From NCBI GenBank assembly GCA_003551625.1, contig PUNC01000243.1, positions 1 to 60,741 on the forward strand: DNA of 60,741 bases, in the 5' to 3' direction. Positions within the stretch are counted from its first letter, which is position 1. Every line of letters starts with the position of its first letter. The DNA is from PVC group bacterium (GTDB lineage Bacteria > Auribacterota > Erginobacteria > Erginobacterales > PUNC01). Shown piece after piece: positions 18,067-29,876 of this stretch. Both the position numbers and the translations under genes were made by a program. Under the pieces are notes generated by a model that worked only from the letters and a program-made list of their open reading frames with translations, made no database searches and was not told the DNA's origin.

Positions 18067-18636
18067 ATGGAGCTGTTTGAAGCCATCGAGAAGCGACACA
18101 GTTACCGGGGAGAGTTCCGGGAGCAGCCGGTGGAACGGGGCGACCTGGCCCGAATCGTCGAGGCCGGCCTGAAGGCGCCGTCGGGACGCAACGCCCAGAC
18201 CACCACCTTCGTGATCGTGGACGAGCCCGGGACGGTCCGCGAGATCGCCGCCCGGCATCCGACCAACCGGGCCGTGAAGACCGCCCGGGCTTTCATCGCC
18301 TGCGTGGTGGACCGCGCGCCGAAACCGGTTTACGAAGGCCACTCCTTCATCGTCGAGGACTGCGCGGCCGCGGCGGAAAATATGCTGCTGGCGATAACCG
18401 CTCTCGGTTACGCCTCGGTCTGGATCGACGGCTGGCTCCGGGTCGAGGGAAACGCCGAGAAGATCGGCCGGCTGCTGGCGCTGCCCCCGGGAAAAACGGT
18501 CCGGGTGATCCTGCCGGTGGGAAGGCCCGCGGAGCGATGGCCGCGGAAGGAGAAGAAGCCGTTCGGGGAAAGGGCGTTCTTCAACCGCTACCCCGAAGGC
18601 GGACAGCGGCGGGAAGCCGGCCCTTCCGACGGTTGA
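18067..18636 (+). CDS. Nitroreductase family protein
   Basis: MELFEAIEKRHSYRGEF..AGLKAPSGRNAQTTTFVIV..AAENMLLAITALGYASVWI. Confidence 0.85.
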   Translation: MELFEAIEKRHSYRGEFREQPVERGDLARIVEAGLKAPSGRNAQTTTFVIVDEPGTVREIAARHPTNRAVKTARAFIACVVDRAPKPVYEGHSFIVEDCAAAAENMLLAITALGYASVWIDGWLRVEGNAEKIGRLLALPPGKTVRVILPVGRPAERWPRKEKKPFGERAFFNRYPEGGQRREAGPSDG

Positions 18637-18649
18637 TGGAGAAGACGGA

Positions 18650-20794
<2,145 letters not shown>

Positions 20795-20803
20795 TCCGTA
20801 ATC

Positions 20804-20829
20804 GGTCCCGACGAAAGACTGTCGGGATC
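20804..20829 (+). terminator. Stem-loop just after glgX (weak terminator candidate)
   Basis: ggtcccgac-gaaagact-gtcgggatc gives a 9-bp stem with one G-U pair. No U-run follows. Confidence 0.25.
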
Positions 20830-20949
20830 TCCGTCGAAGCCGGACAGTTCCGCTTCGCTACGATGATCCGTGATCAGGAAAAGGCCCAGTCCCTCGCCCC
20901 CTTTTTGTTAACTACGAATCACGCAGATAGGCACAGATGCTAACCGGGC

Positions 20950-21185
20950 TGGACTGACAGGTTTGGAAAATATATTAACTCTGGAGCCATAGAGAACACG
21001 TACTCTTACACGTACTCTTACACATACTCATTCAAACCGGGTTATTCCGACAGGATTGGAAAAGCGTGTATATCTTAGGAAGATTGGATATTTTTAACCC
21101 GCGGTGAAACTTTGCGGGTCGATATTCGCCGCTCCCCGAACCTTGAACCCGGAACCTTTGAACCCCGGCACTTATCAACTTTTTT
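20950..21185. repeat. Mosaic intergenic repeat island, copy 1
   Basis: Modules shared with 46.9-47.1, 54.4-54.76 and 55.9-56.09 kb: 12-nt units tcttacacRtac (20992-27), an identical 30-mer (21092-21121 = 54695-54724), and an identical 35-mer (21146-21180 = rc of 54541-54575). Confidence 0.85.
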
Positions 21186-21199
21186 AAGAGGAGGTTATC

Positions 21200-22444
21200 A
21201 TGCCCGAGATCAGACCGTTCGCGGCCGTCCGGCCGAAACCGGAACTGGCGGCAAAGGTGGCCAGTCCGCCCTACGACGTGCTCGACAGCGATGAAGCCCG
21301 CCGGATGGCCGAAGGAAATCCTTTGAGTTTTTTGCACGTGACCAAGCCCGAAATCGACCTCGATCCCGCCATCGATCTCTACGACGACCGGGTCTACGCC
21401 GCCGGGAAGGCTAATTTCGAAAAACTTATCGGCCAAAAGGTCCTCATTCGCGAAGAGAGGCCCGCCTATTACTTCTATCGCCTGGTCTGGAAGGGCGCGG
21501 CCCAGACCGGGCTGGTGGCGGCGGCCTCCACCCTCGACTACGACCGGGACCGGATCAAAAAACACGAGCTTACCCGGCACGACAAGGAGACCGACCGGGC
21601 CCGCCACATCAGCTCGCTCAACGCCAATACCGGCCCGGTCTTCCTGACTTACCGGGCCCGCGAAGACCTCAACCGGATAGCCGAAGACGCCGCCGGGAGC
21701 GATCCGCTCTACGACTTCACCGCCGACGACGGAATCCGCCACACCGTCTGGAAAGTCGAAGCGGCCGCGGCGATCGGGGAGATCACCTCCATCTTCGCCG
21801 AGCTCGAGCACCTCTACGTCGCCGACGGCCATCACCGCTCGGCTGCCGCGGCGCGGGTGGCCCGGGCGCGGCGCGAAAAAAATCCCGGCGCGGACGGGAA
21901 GGAGGAATACAACTATTTCCTGTCGGTGATCTTTCCCCACGATCAGCTCCGGATCCTCCCTTACAACCGGGTGGTGGCCGACCTCGGGGGACTTTCCCCG
22001 AAAGAGTTCATCCGCGCGGTCGAAAAAAGTTTTTCGGTCGCCGATTCGCCGGGCGGCCGGCCTTTCCAACCGGACGGCCCGAGACTTTTCGGAATGTACC
22101 TGGAAGGCGGCTGGCGGAAGCTTTCCGCCCGGCCGGACAGTTTCCCGGAAGACGATCCCGTCGGATCCCTGGACGTCTCGATCCTCCAGGATAATCTCCT
22201 GGCCCCCGTTCTCGGCATCGCCGACCCGCGCCGGGACCAGAGGATAGATTTCGTCGGCGGGATCCGGGGGCTGGAAGAGCTGGAGCGCCGGGTGAACGCC
22301 GGCGGGGGGGTCGCCTTCTCGCTCTACCCCACCTCGGTGGATCAGCTGATGAAGATCGCCGACGCCGGCTCGATTATGCCCCCGAAATCAACCTGGTTCG
22401 AGCCCAAGCTTCGTTCGGGGCTGCTGATCCACCAGCTCGATTGA
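21200..22444 (+). CDS. DUF1015 domain-containing protein
   Basis: MPEIRPFAAVRPKPELAAKVASPPYDVLDSDEARRMAEGNPLSFLHV is the typical DUF1015 N-terminus. Strong SD aagaggagg 6 nt upstream. Confidence 0.85.
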   Translation: MPEIRPFAAVRPKPELAAKVASPPYDVLDSDEARRMAEGNPLSFLHVTKPEIDLDPAIDLYDDRVYAAGKANFEKLIGQKVLIREERPAYYFYRLVWKGAAQTGLVAAASTLDYDRDRIKKHELTRHDKETDRARHISSLNANTGPVFLTYRAREDLNRIAEDAAGSDPLYDFTADDGIRHTVWKVEAAAAIGEITSIFAELEHLYVADGHHRSAAAARVARARREKNPGADGKEEYNYFLSVIFPHDQLRILPYNRVVADLGGLSPKEFIRAVEKSFSVADSPGGRPFQPDGPRLFGMYLEGGWRKLSARPDSFPEDDPVGSLDVSILQDNLLAPVLGIADPRRDQRIDFVGGIRGLEELERRVNAGGGVAFSLYPTSVDQLMKIADAGSIMPPKSTWFEPKLRSGLLIHQLD

Positions 22445-22453
22445 CCCGGCGGA

Positions 22454-25400
22454 TCAATAATCCCAGCTCCAGCTGAACCCCATACCGGAGCCGGTTTCGG
22501 TGGAGGTGCTGGTCTCCAGGTGGAATCCGGGAAAGATCTCGATCTTGATCACCAGGCGGCCGTAATCGTCGGCCACCCCCTGCTCGTATTCCACGAATAC
22601 CCGGTCGCCGATATACTTGCCGACGCTGACGGCGGTCGAACCCGGTTCCTCCTCCCGGTCGCGGATCTCGAGGACGTCAACTCCCAGTAATCGACGGCCG
22701 AAGGCCGTGATATCGGCCGCGGGACGGCCGGTGGCGAGGGCGTGCAGGGCCTGGGCGAAAGTTACCGCCTGCAGGGGGCTCATCCGGGCCACTTCCCGCC
22801 CGAAGAGCAGCCTCGAAAGAATCTCGTCCTCCGGCAGGGGTGGGTCCGAGGAGATATTGAAGGCCAGGGAATCGGCCTCCCCCGCGACCGCCAATCTGGC
22901 GGTAATGCCGGCCGTGACGGTTTCGGCCTCCGCGCTGATCACCGGGGATACCGGCCAGCGGCCGTCCAGGAACAGCGAGCCGCGCGAGAGGACCAGCCTC
23001 CTCCCGAAGAAGACATAGCGTCCCCGCACCACGTTCAACTGGCCGAAGACGCGGGGTTCCGAGGCATTGCCTTCGACCCGCAATTCCCCTTCCCATTCCG
23101 AATCGAGCCCCTGGCCGCGGACAAAAAGGCGGGCGGGAATCCTCACCCTCAGGTCGAATTCGATCTGGTGCGGCGGGGGCCCGGGAGGGGGCGGCGGCGG
23201 CGGGCGGGGAAGCCCGACCTCTTCCACCTCCAGTTCCGTGATGTGAACGGGCAGCCGGTCCGGAATCCTGATCTCGGCGCTGGAAACCCGCAGCGATCCT
23301 GAGAGCTTGCTGGCGGAACGATCGCCTTCCCAGCGGATATCGCCGCGGGAGACGGCGGTGAAAAGATCGTGCCGGGGAACGCGGAAATCGGAGAGGTTGA
23401 CGCCGAACCGGAAGGGAAACTCCCCGAGGTGGGCCAGATCGACCCCGCCTTCGACGCCGAGCCTCCCCTCCCCCCCGTCGCCGGCCGAGGCGGTTACGGC
23501 CAGCTCCGATTCCCGGCCGGTAATCAGCGCCTCCAGGCTCCGGATCACCAGCCCCAGTTCCGGGTCTTCGAAGGCGCCATCGGCAAGCTGGAGGTAACCG
23601 TTGAGCCGAAGGGAATCCAGGGTTCCGGAGGCTTCCAGGTCGGCCTCCAGTTCCCCCTCCAGCGACAGGTATTCGGGCAGCAGGGCCGCGGCGACCGGCG
23701 CCAGCCCGATCCCCCCGGCAATGTGAACCCGGAACTCCCGCCGGGGATCGGGCTGGAAGCGCGCGGGCAGCAGCGCTACCTGGAGCGGAAGGTCGAAGCT
23801 TGCGGCCAGCGGTCTCTCCTCCGAGACCACGCCGGAGAGTAGGCCGGAGAGCCGCTCTTCCTCCAGCCGGGCGTTCAGGGTCAGCCCCAGTTCCGGAACC
23901 GGTGCGGCGGCGCCCCCGGGGACCTTTTCCAGTCCGAAGAGTTCCAGGCCGAGCTCGCCTTCGGGGGAATCCGCCCGGCCGCGCAGTTCCAGTTCCAGGT
24001 TGAGCCCGGCCTCCGGGCCGGCGCCGGGAAAGAGAAACGGCAGGGCGAGGGGCAGTCTCTCCACCGTCGCCGCCAGGCGGCTCTCCTCTTCTTTCAGGCT
24101 CCCCGCGGCGATGAAGCCGCCCCCCTCCCAGGCCAGAGCGAGCTCTTCGATCTCGAACCTCCCCGGCGCCACCCGGAGAGAGGAAGGAGCGGCCAGCGAC
24201 GTCTTCCAGTCGCCCATCTCGAAGTTCAGGCCCCGGAGAAAGAGGCGAAGATCACGCCGCCGCAGGAAATGATATCCGGAGAATTCCAGCTGGACCGGCT
24301 CCTCGCGATAACCGCTAATCTCCCCCTGAAAGAAAGCCGAATCGGGAGCTCCCAAAAGCCGGATCATTCCGTCTCCGAGGTGAATCCCCGGGACCCGGCC
24401 GTCGTCGAAGGCGATCTCCAGGAAACCGCGGGGAAGAGGAAGCGGATCCCCGGTCCGGGCCTGCGCGTTGAGGGCCCCGACCGCCGCCCAGGGCGTGGCC
24501 AGCGAATCGGCGGTCAGGTCGGCCGCGAGCCGGCCTCCTTCCGGAACCGGAACCAGGCTTAAGCTCGCCCGCGCCTCCCCCGCCCAGGGGGAAAGGCCCG
24601 TGACCGTCTCCAGCAGGGCAAGATCATCGGCGAACGCCGTCAGCTCGATCCCGGGAGTCTCCTCTCCCGGCGCGAAACGCAGGTTTCCGGAAAGGCCCAG
24701 GCCGGGACCGCTCAATTCCAACGGATCGACCGTCAGCGCCCCCTCCCGCAGAATCGCCCGGGAGGCGAGCCGAAACGGGAGCTCCCGGTGGGAGAAGCCG
24801 GATTGGAGCGAGAGGCGGACTTCCTCCGGCCGCGGGACCGCCTCCAGTTCCGAGCTCAACCCGTCCAGACGGAATCCGGCGATGGAGACCTCCTCCGATT
24901 CCGCTTGCAGGCGAAGAAGGGGAAGCGCCGGGCTTCCGGAGACCCGGAAGCGGGCCCGGGCGGTACCGAAGATTCCCAGCGGCGCCAGATCGCTGAAATC
25001 GGCCCGGCCGGAAAAATCCACCTCCTCGCGCTCGAGGTCGGCGGTTCCGGAAGCGGCGAGCCGAAAGACGGGCGAGGAGAGGGCGAACTCCTCGAACTCC
25101 AGCCGGCCGGGAGGGGCGGTGCGGGCCCTGAGCTCAAACCGGGCGACCGGGGCGAGCAAGCCGGAAGGAGCGGGCAGCAACTCGTCGAGGCCGCCGGCCG
25201 CCGACCGGAGAATCAAACGTTCCCCCTCGTCCGCCCCGCGGCTCAACTCCGCCCGGACGGATACCTCCGCCGGCCGGGCGTGATCGCCGGCGGCGATTCC
25301 GCCCCGAAGCGTCAGGGTGGAACGATCGAGCCGGGGAGAATCCGCCAGCGAACCTTCCAGCCGCAGTTCCGGCCCGCCGGCCCCTTCCCGGACGGCCGGC

Positions 25401-25870
25401 CGGAAGCTCTCGACCCGAAAGTAGGCCACGCGCAAGCGGTAGATGAACGACGGAAGGGCGACCGATCCCCGCCCCCCGCGGGCGGGCGGATCTTTTTCGG
25501 GGGGCGGCGAATAATGAAGCGAGCGGAGGCGAAACCGGTCGATCTGGAGCCGGCCTCCGAACAGCCGAACCGGCGACCAGCTCATCTCCAATCCCTCCAG
25601 GCGCAACCAAGGATCCTCCTCATCCCCGACGGACGCTTCCTCCAGGCTGAAGGAAAACGGCAGCCAGCCCCCCACCGGGGAAATGCTGACCGGATGATCC
25701 AGCCGGCGGGCCAGGAAGCGGGAGAGGCCGGCCGCCAGGAAACTCCGGAAGAGCGGAGTCTGCGCCAGCAGCAGGAGCGCGGCCGTCCCTCCGAAAACCC
25801 GCAGAAGAATCTTTACCGACCGGCGCACCCGGATCGCGCCGAACGCGGTTTTTCTTTTTGCAGCGCTCAT
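22454..25870 (-). CDS. tamB: Translocation and assembly module protein TamB-like (DUF490)
   Basis: About 1138 aa. N-terminal TM anchor, long beta-rich body, DUF490-like C-terminus ending FHLETSTSTETGSGMGFSWSWDY. Directly downstream of the tamA-like gene. ATG 25870 is preferred over the track GTG at 25876. Confidence 0.8.
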   Translation of the reverse strand: MSAAKRKTAFGAIRVRRSVKILLRVFGGTAALLLLAQTPLFRSFLAAGLSRFLARRLDHPVSISPVGGWLPFSFSLEEASVGDEEDPWLRLEGLEMSWSPVRLFGGRLQIDRFRLRSLHYSPPPEKDPPARGGRGSVALPSFIYRLRVAYFRVESFRPAVREGAGGPELRLEGSLADSPRLDRSTLTLRGGIAAGDHARPAEVSVRAELSRGADEGERLILRSAAGGLDELLPAPSGLLAPVARFELRARTAPPGRLEFEEFALSSPVFRLAASGTADLEREEVDFSGRADFSDLAPLGIFGTARARFRVSGSPALPLLRLQAESEEVSIAGFRLDGLSSELEAVPRPEEVRLSLQSGFSHRELPFRLASRAILREGALTVDPLELSGPGLGLSGNLRFAPGEETPGIELTAFADDLALLETVTGLSPWAGEARASLSLVPVPEGGRLAADLTADSLATPWAAVGALNAQARTGDPLPLPRGFLEIAFDDGRVPGIHLGDGMIRLLGAPDSAFFQGEISGYREEPVQLEFSGYHFLRRRDLRLFLRGLNFEMGDWKTSLAAPSSLRVAPGRFEIEELALAWEGGGFIAAGSLKEEESRLAATVERLPLALPFLFPGAGPEAGLNLELELRGRADSPEGELGLELFGLEKVPGGAAAPVPELGLTLNARLEEERLSGLLSGVVSEERPLAASFDLPLQVALLPARFQPDPRREFRVHIAGGIGLAPVAAALLPEYLSLEGELEADLEASGTLDSLRLNGYLQLADGAFEDPELGLVIRSLEALITGRESELAVTASAGDGGEGRLGVEGGVDLAHLGEFPFRFGVNLSDFRVPRHDLFTAVSRGDIRWEGDRSASKLSGSLRVSSAEIRIPDRLPVHITELEVEEVGLPRPPPPPPPGPPPHQIEFDLRVRIPARLFVRGQGLDSEWEGELRVEGNASEPRVFGQLNVVRGRYVFFGRRLVLSRGSLFLDGRWPVSPVISAEAETVTAGITARLAVAGEADSLAFNISSDPPLPEDEILSRLLFGREVARMSPLQAVTFAQALHALATGRPAADITAFGRRLLGVDVLEIRDREEEPGSTAVSVGKYIGDRVFVEYEQGVADDYGRLVIKIEIFPGFHLETSTSTETGSGMGFSWSWDY

Positions 25871-25882
25871 CAACACTTGCCT

Positions 25883-27685
25883 TCAGAAAGCCTGCCCGAT
25901 GCTCACGTAAACCTGGTAGGAAGCGTCGATCCCGGGCCGGCGGTCAAGAGGGAAAGCCAGGTCGAGACGAATCGGCCCCACCGGGGTGAAATAGCGGAAA
26001 CCGCCCCCCGCCCCCCAAAAGAGATCTTCGCCCCAGCGGGGCAGCGTCTCCTCGTAAACCGTCCCGCCGTCGATGAAGAAGACCAGCCCCCACGATTCCG
26101 CCGGGCGGATTCTCAACTCCCCGCCGACGGTGGTGATCGACCGTCCCCCGGCGGGGTTCCCGGCCGTCAGCGGGCCGGCGAACTGATAGCCGTAGCCCCG
26201 AACCGAGGCTCCGCCCCCGGCGTAAAAACGTTCGTCGGCGGGAATACTCAGGCGGCTCCGCCCGCCGACGCTCCCCGCTGCCACCCGAAAAGCCAGGTCG
26301 GCCTGCCGGATGAGCCTCAGGTAGGCGCTGGCCTGAAGATGGGTCCGGAAGAACCGGAGATCGGGATCGGTCACGTCCTGGAAGGGAGTGAAGCCCAGGT
26401 TTATCCTCCAGCCGCGGCGGGGGTCGAGCAGATCGTCGCTGCGGTCCCAGAAAAGGCGAAGCGGGAGGGAGAGAAGACTGAAATACTCCCAGGCCTGTTC
26501 GTCCCGGACCCGGGAATATTTGAAATCAATCGCCGCCCCCCCGACCAGGTCGGGTCGGAGTCCGCGGTCGATCCCCACCCTCACCCCGGCCTGCCGGGAT
26601 TGATAGGCGTCGGTCTCTTCCTCTCCCAGCCGGGTCCGCAGCAGCAGGGTCTGGTCATACCGCAGGTAGTCCGGCCGGCGGAACTCGGCTTCGGCCGAGT
26701 AGCCGATCTCCGAACCCGTCACCCGAAGATCCAGCCTTTCCCCCCGCCGGACCAGGTTCCGGTGGGTCCAGTTTATCTTTCCGCCTATCCCTTCGTCGGT
26801 ATTGTAGGCCAGCCCCAGGCCCACCGTCCTTCGTTTCCGCCGGCGGACCTCGACCTCGATCGGAGAGACGTTTTCGCCCGGAGGAGGAGGCGCCGGCTCG
26901 ACCCGGACCAGGCTGAACAGGTCGGCGGCGATCAAGCGGCGGCGATATTCGGCGAGCAATCCGGCGTCGAAGAGGTCGCCTTCCTCCCAGGGCAGCTTCC
27001 CCAACAGGAAATCCTCTTCGATCCCCACGGCTCCCTCAAACGAGACCGGGCCGAAAAACACCCGCGGGCCGAGGCTCACCCGGTAGGTCACCGTCACGCT
27101 CCGGGCGTCGTGGTCGGCCCTCACCAGCCTCTCCTCGACCGTGGCGAAGGCGAACCCCGCCCCGGCGAGGAAGCGCTCCAGCCGCTCTTCGGCGCGCTTG
27201 ATTTCCAGGAAACGCGCCCGCTCTCCGATCTTCAGCCCCAGCCGTGCGGGGTCGGGACGCCGACGATGGAGAAGTTCGTCGCCGTCGACAAGTTCGAACT
27301 CAACCGCGGCCAGGTCGAACGGCTCCCCGGGGTACACCTCGAAGACCACCCGGACGGGGTCCCGTTCGAAGTCCATCAGCAATTCGACCCGGGACTGGAA
27401 ATAACCTTCCGATCGCAGCCAGAGGCCGAAGCGCTCCCGGTCCCTTTCCGCCCGCCGGCGCAACAGCCCCCGGCCGGCCGGGGGCTCGTGACGCAGGGCG
27501 TGCGTATCGGATATCTCCCTCAGGCTGGAACGCTGGCGGCGATCGATTTCACCACGAATCCTGACCCGGTAATTGACCCCTTCCGGGCGGCAGGACAAGC
27601 TGAAAAGCAGCAGCGCCAACAGCGTTCCCGCCGCGACTATCCGCCCCGGGGCGGCAAAATGAATATTTTTCAGCCGTCGTTTCAA
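25883..27685 (-). CDS. tamA: Omp85/BamA-family outer-membrane protein, TamA-like
   Basis: Signal/lipobox-like N-terminus (LLFSLSC). POTRA-like repeats. Beta-barrel ending YQVYVSIGQAF (C-terminal Phe). TTG start. Confidence 0.8.
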   Translation of the reverse strand: MKRRLKNIHFAAPGRIVAAGTLLALLLFSLSCRPEGVNYRVRIRGEIDRRQRSSLREISDTHALRHEPPAGRGLLRRRAERDRERFGLWLRSEGYFQSRVELLMDFERDPVRVVFEVYPGEPFDLAAVEFELVDGDELLHRRRPDPARLGLKIGERARFLEIKRAEERLERFLAGAGFAFATVEERLVRADHDARSVTVTYRVSLGPRVFFGPVSFEGAVGIEEDFLLGKLPWEEGDLFDAGLLAEYRRRLIAADLFSLVRVEPAPPPPGENVSPIEVEVRRRKRRTVGLGLAYNTDEGIGGKINWTHRNLVRRGERLDLRVTGSEIGYSAEAEFRRPDYLRYDQTLLLRTRLGEEETDAYQSRQAGVRVGIDRGLRPDLVGGAAIDFKYSRVRDEQAWEYFSLLSLPLRLFWDRSDDLLDPRRGWRINLGFTPFQDVTDPDLRFFRTHLQASAYLRLIRQADLAFRVAAGSVGGRSRLSIPADERFYAGGGASVRGYGYQFAGPLTAGNPAGGRSITTVGGELRIRPAESWGLVFFIDGGTVYEETLPRWGEDLFWGAGGGFRYFTPVGPIRLDLAFPLDRRPGIDASYQVYVSIGQAF

Positions 27686-27810
27686 GGGTCGCTTCCGCCG
27701 GTTTCCTGTCCGGCCGGACGGTACTCCGGCCGAGGATTTTTATTTTACCCGCAAAACCCGGGCAATGGTATCCTTGCTTCCCGAGAATCCAGCCGCCAAG
27801 GGAGAAAGAG

Positions 27811-28389
27811 ATGAAACTGAAGAATATCCACCCGGGAGAAATGCTCAAGCCTTCTTCCTCGATTCTGATGGTCCTGGCCGAGTTCAACCACCTAAAAAAC
27901 CTTTACCGGCAGGGCTGGCTGAAAAGACACGTCCGGCCGGAGAAATGCGAAAGCGTGGCCGAGCACAGCTTCTCGGTCACCCTCCTGGCGATGTTCCTGG
28001 CGGAAAACCTCTTCCCCGAAGCGGACCTGCTCAAGGTCGTCCGCATCGCCCTGATTCACGAGGCCGGCGAGATCCACGCCGGAGACATCACCCCGGTCGA
28101 CGGGGTAAGCCCGGAAGAGAAATACCGCCGGGAGCAGGAATCGGTGATCCGGGTCTTCGACGGCCTCGGCCGGGCCGAAGAGTATATCGACCTCTGGGAG
28201 GAGTTCGAACTGAACCGGAGCCTGGAAGCGAAGCTGGTCCGGCAGGCCGACCGTCTGGAGATGCTGCTGCAGGCTAAATACTATGAAAAGCTGGGCTACT
28301 GGGACTTCGCCGAATTCTTCCGCAACACCGACCCGCTGATCGACTCGCCGCGACTCCGCCCCCTCTTTGAAGAGCTGAAAATGCTTTAA
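27811..28389 (+). CDS. HD domain phosphohydrolase (YfbR-like 5'-nucleotidase family)
   Basis: LKNLYRQGWL..ESVAEHSFSV..ALIHEAGEIHAGDITP..RQADRLEMLLQA. Confidence 0.8.
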   Translation: MKLKNIHPGEMLKPSSSILMVLAEFNHLKNLYRQGWLKRHVRPEKCESVAEHSFSVTLLAMFLAENLFPEADLLKVVRIALIHEAGEIHAGDITPVDGVSPEEKYRREQESVIRVFDGLGRAEEYIDLWEEFELNRSLEAKLVRQADRLEMLLQAKYYEKLGYWDFAEFFRNTDPLIDSPRLRPLFEELKML

Positions 28390-28453
28390 CCATCGCTTAC
28401 CCGAAAAGCCCACAGCCCCCCTCACCCTCCCTCGACAAGCTCGGGACAAGTTG

Positions 28454-28485
28454 CCCTCTCCCCCCGTCGGGGGGCGAGGGTTTTA
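28454..28485 (+). terminator. Rho-independent terminator after the HD gene
   Basis: ccctctcccccc-gtc-ggggggcgaggg followed by tttt. Confidence 0.6.
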
Positions 28486-28503
28486 ATCGAGATGCCGCTA
28501 CCG

Positions 28504-29844
28504 CTAGCTTTTCTCCCCGCTCCGGTCGGTTCGGCCGGCCCGGAATTCAAGCCGCAAGGGAACGCCTTCAAAACCCAGCGCGCGGCGGATCTGGTTGATC
28601 AGGTAGATCCGGCCGGAGGAGGCAACCAGACGGGGATGGCTGACATACAGCCGGAATCTCGGCGGCGCCGTCGCTACCTGGACGGCGTAAAATATCTTCG
28701 GCCGCTTTCCCGACCGCGACGGCAGCGGCGACCGGGCCTGGGCCAGCTGCACCACCCGGTTTAAAACCGGGGTGCGGACCTTTCTTTCCCTCTGCGCGGC
28801 GACGTATTCGCAGGCTTCCAGCAGACGGGCGACCCCCTGCCCGGTGAGGGCGGAGAAGAAGACCAGGGGGATGAAACCGGCGTAAGGCAGCAGCCCGCGA
28901 AGCCGGCGGTGGTATTCCCGGAAAGAGAGATCGCCGGGAAGGTCCCACTTGTTGACCCCGATCACGCACCCCTTTCCCGACTCCAGGGCCTGATGGATGA
29001 TCGCCGCGTCGGCCCGAGTGGGCGGCTGGAACTTTTCGAGCAGCAGCAGCACCAGGTCGGAGCGGGCGATCGAATCCTGGACCCGGTTGAGGCTGTATCT
29101 CTCCACCGCCGAACGGCTGGAGGGTTTTCGAAAGACGCCGGCGGTATCGATCAGAAGCCAGGGCCGCCCCTCCAAAGTGAAGGCGGCGGCGACCGCGTCC
29201 CGGGTGGTGCCGGGGAGGCTGTCGACCAGAACTCTCTCTTCATTCAGGATCCGGTTGGCCAGGGTCGATTTGCCCACGTTCGGGCGGCCGACCAGGGCGA
29301 TCGTCGCCCTCGGCGGCAACGGCGGCGGCGCGGCGGCGGGCAGCCGGGCCGCCAGCCCGTCAAGCAGCCGCCCGGTTCCCAGACCGTGCACGGCGGATAC
29401 CGGATAGATTTCCGGAAAGCCGAGACGCGAGAACTCGGGCCCGGCCGCGGAGCGGAGATCTTCGTTGTCGGCCTTGCCCGCCGCCACCAGAACCGGTTTC
29501 CCGGTTCGGCGAAGGAAAGCGGCCGCCTGGGAGTCGGAAGGATGGAGGCCGGCCTGGGCGTCTACCGCCAGGACGCACAGATCGGCCGCGGCGATCGCCT
29601 CCCGAAGCTGCTTCATCATCCCCTCCTCCAGCGGCGTGCCGGGATCGATCATCCCTCCGGTATCGACCAGCTGAAAACGGCGTCCCTCCCACTCGACCTC
29701 GCCGAAGATCCGGTCGCGGGTGGTGCCGGCTTCACCGTGAACCACCGCCACCCTTCTTCCAACCAGGCGGTTGAAGAGCTGCGATTTTCCCACGTTCGGG
29801 CGGCCGACAATCGCCGCCAGGGGAAGAGGAGAGGTGTCTGCCAT
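28504..29844 (-). CDS. der: Ribosome biogenesis GTPase Der (EngA)
   Basis: Two GTPase domains (GRPNVGKSQLFN, DTGG; GRPNVGKSTLAN, DTAG) plus a KH-like C-terminus. Confidence 0.92.
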   Translation of the reverse strand: MADTSPLPLAAIVGRPNVGKSQLFNRLVGRRVAVVHGEAGTTRDRIFGEVEWEGRRFQLVDTGGMIDPGTPLEEGMMKQLREAIAAADLCVLAVDAQAGLHPSDSQAAAFLRRTGKPVLVAAGKADNEDLRSAAGPEFSRLGFPEIYPVSAVHGLGTGRLLDGLAARLPAAAPPPLPPRATIALVGRPNVGKSTLANRILNEERVLVDSLPGTTRDAVAAAFTLEGRPWLLIDTAGVFRKPSSRSAVERYSLNRVQDSIARSDLVLLLLEKFQPPTRADAAIIHQALESGKGCVIGVNKWDLPGDLSFREYHRRLRGLLPYAGFIPLVFFSALTGQGVARLLEACEYVAAQRERKVRTPVLNRVVQLAQARSPLPSRSGKRPKIFYAVQVATAPPRFRLYVSHPRLVASSGRIYLINQIRRALGFEGVPLRLEFRAGRTDRSGEKS

Positions 29845-29876
29845 TTTGCTTGAGATCTTAAGGCCAAATACCGGGT

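Noticed and set aside
20891-20906. ccctcgccccc+TTTTT resembling one arm of the 28454-28485 terminator hairpin
   Set aside because: It is only an 11-12 nt G/C-block match in the opposite orientation, with no complementary arm nearby. It is likely chance in a GC-rich genome.
20992-21027. 12-nt direct repeats as a possible CRISPR or mini-array (also 47035-47082, 55946-55993)
   Set aside because: The units are contiguous with no spacers, are only 12 nt long with 2-4 copies, and there are no cas genes in the window.
21112-21294. Small ORFs in the repeat islands sharing the peptide PGTFEPRHLST (also 54394-54624)
   Set aside because: The shared peptide is simply the 35-nt repeat core read in one frame. 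There is no SD, and the ORFs differ completely outside the module.
24788-27814. 1008-aa plus-strand ORF
   Set aside because: It is antisense to tamB and tamA, which have clear family features (DUF490 tail, Omp85 barrel ending in Phe). It is Pro/Gly/Arg-rich low-complexity sequence with no SD and no motifs.
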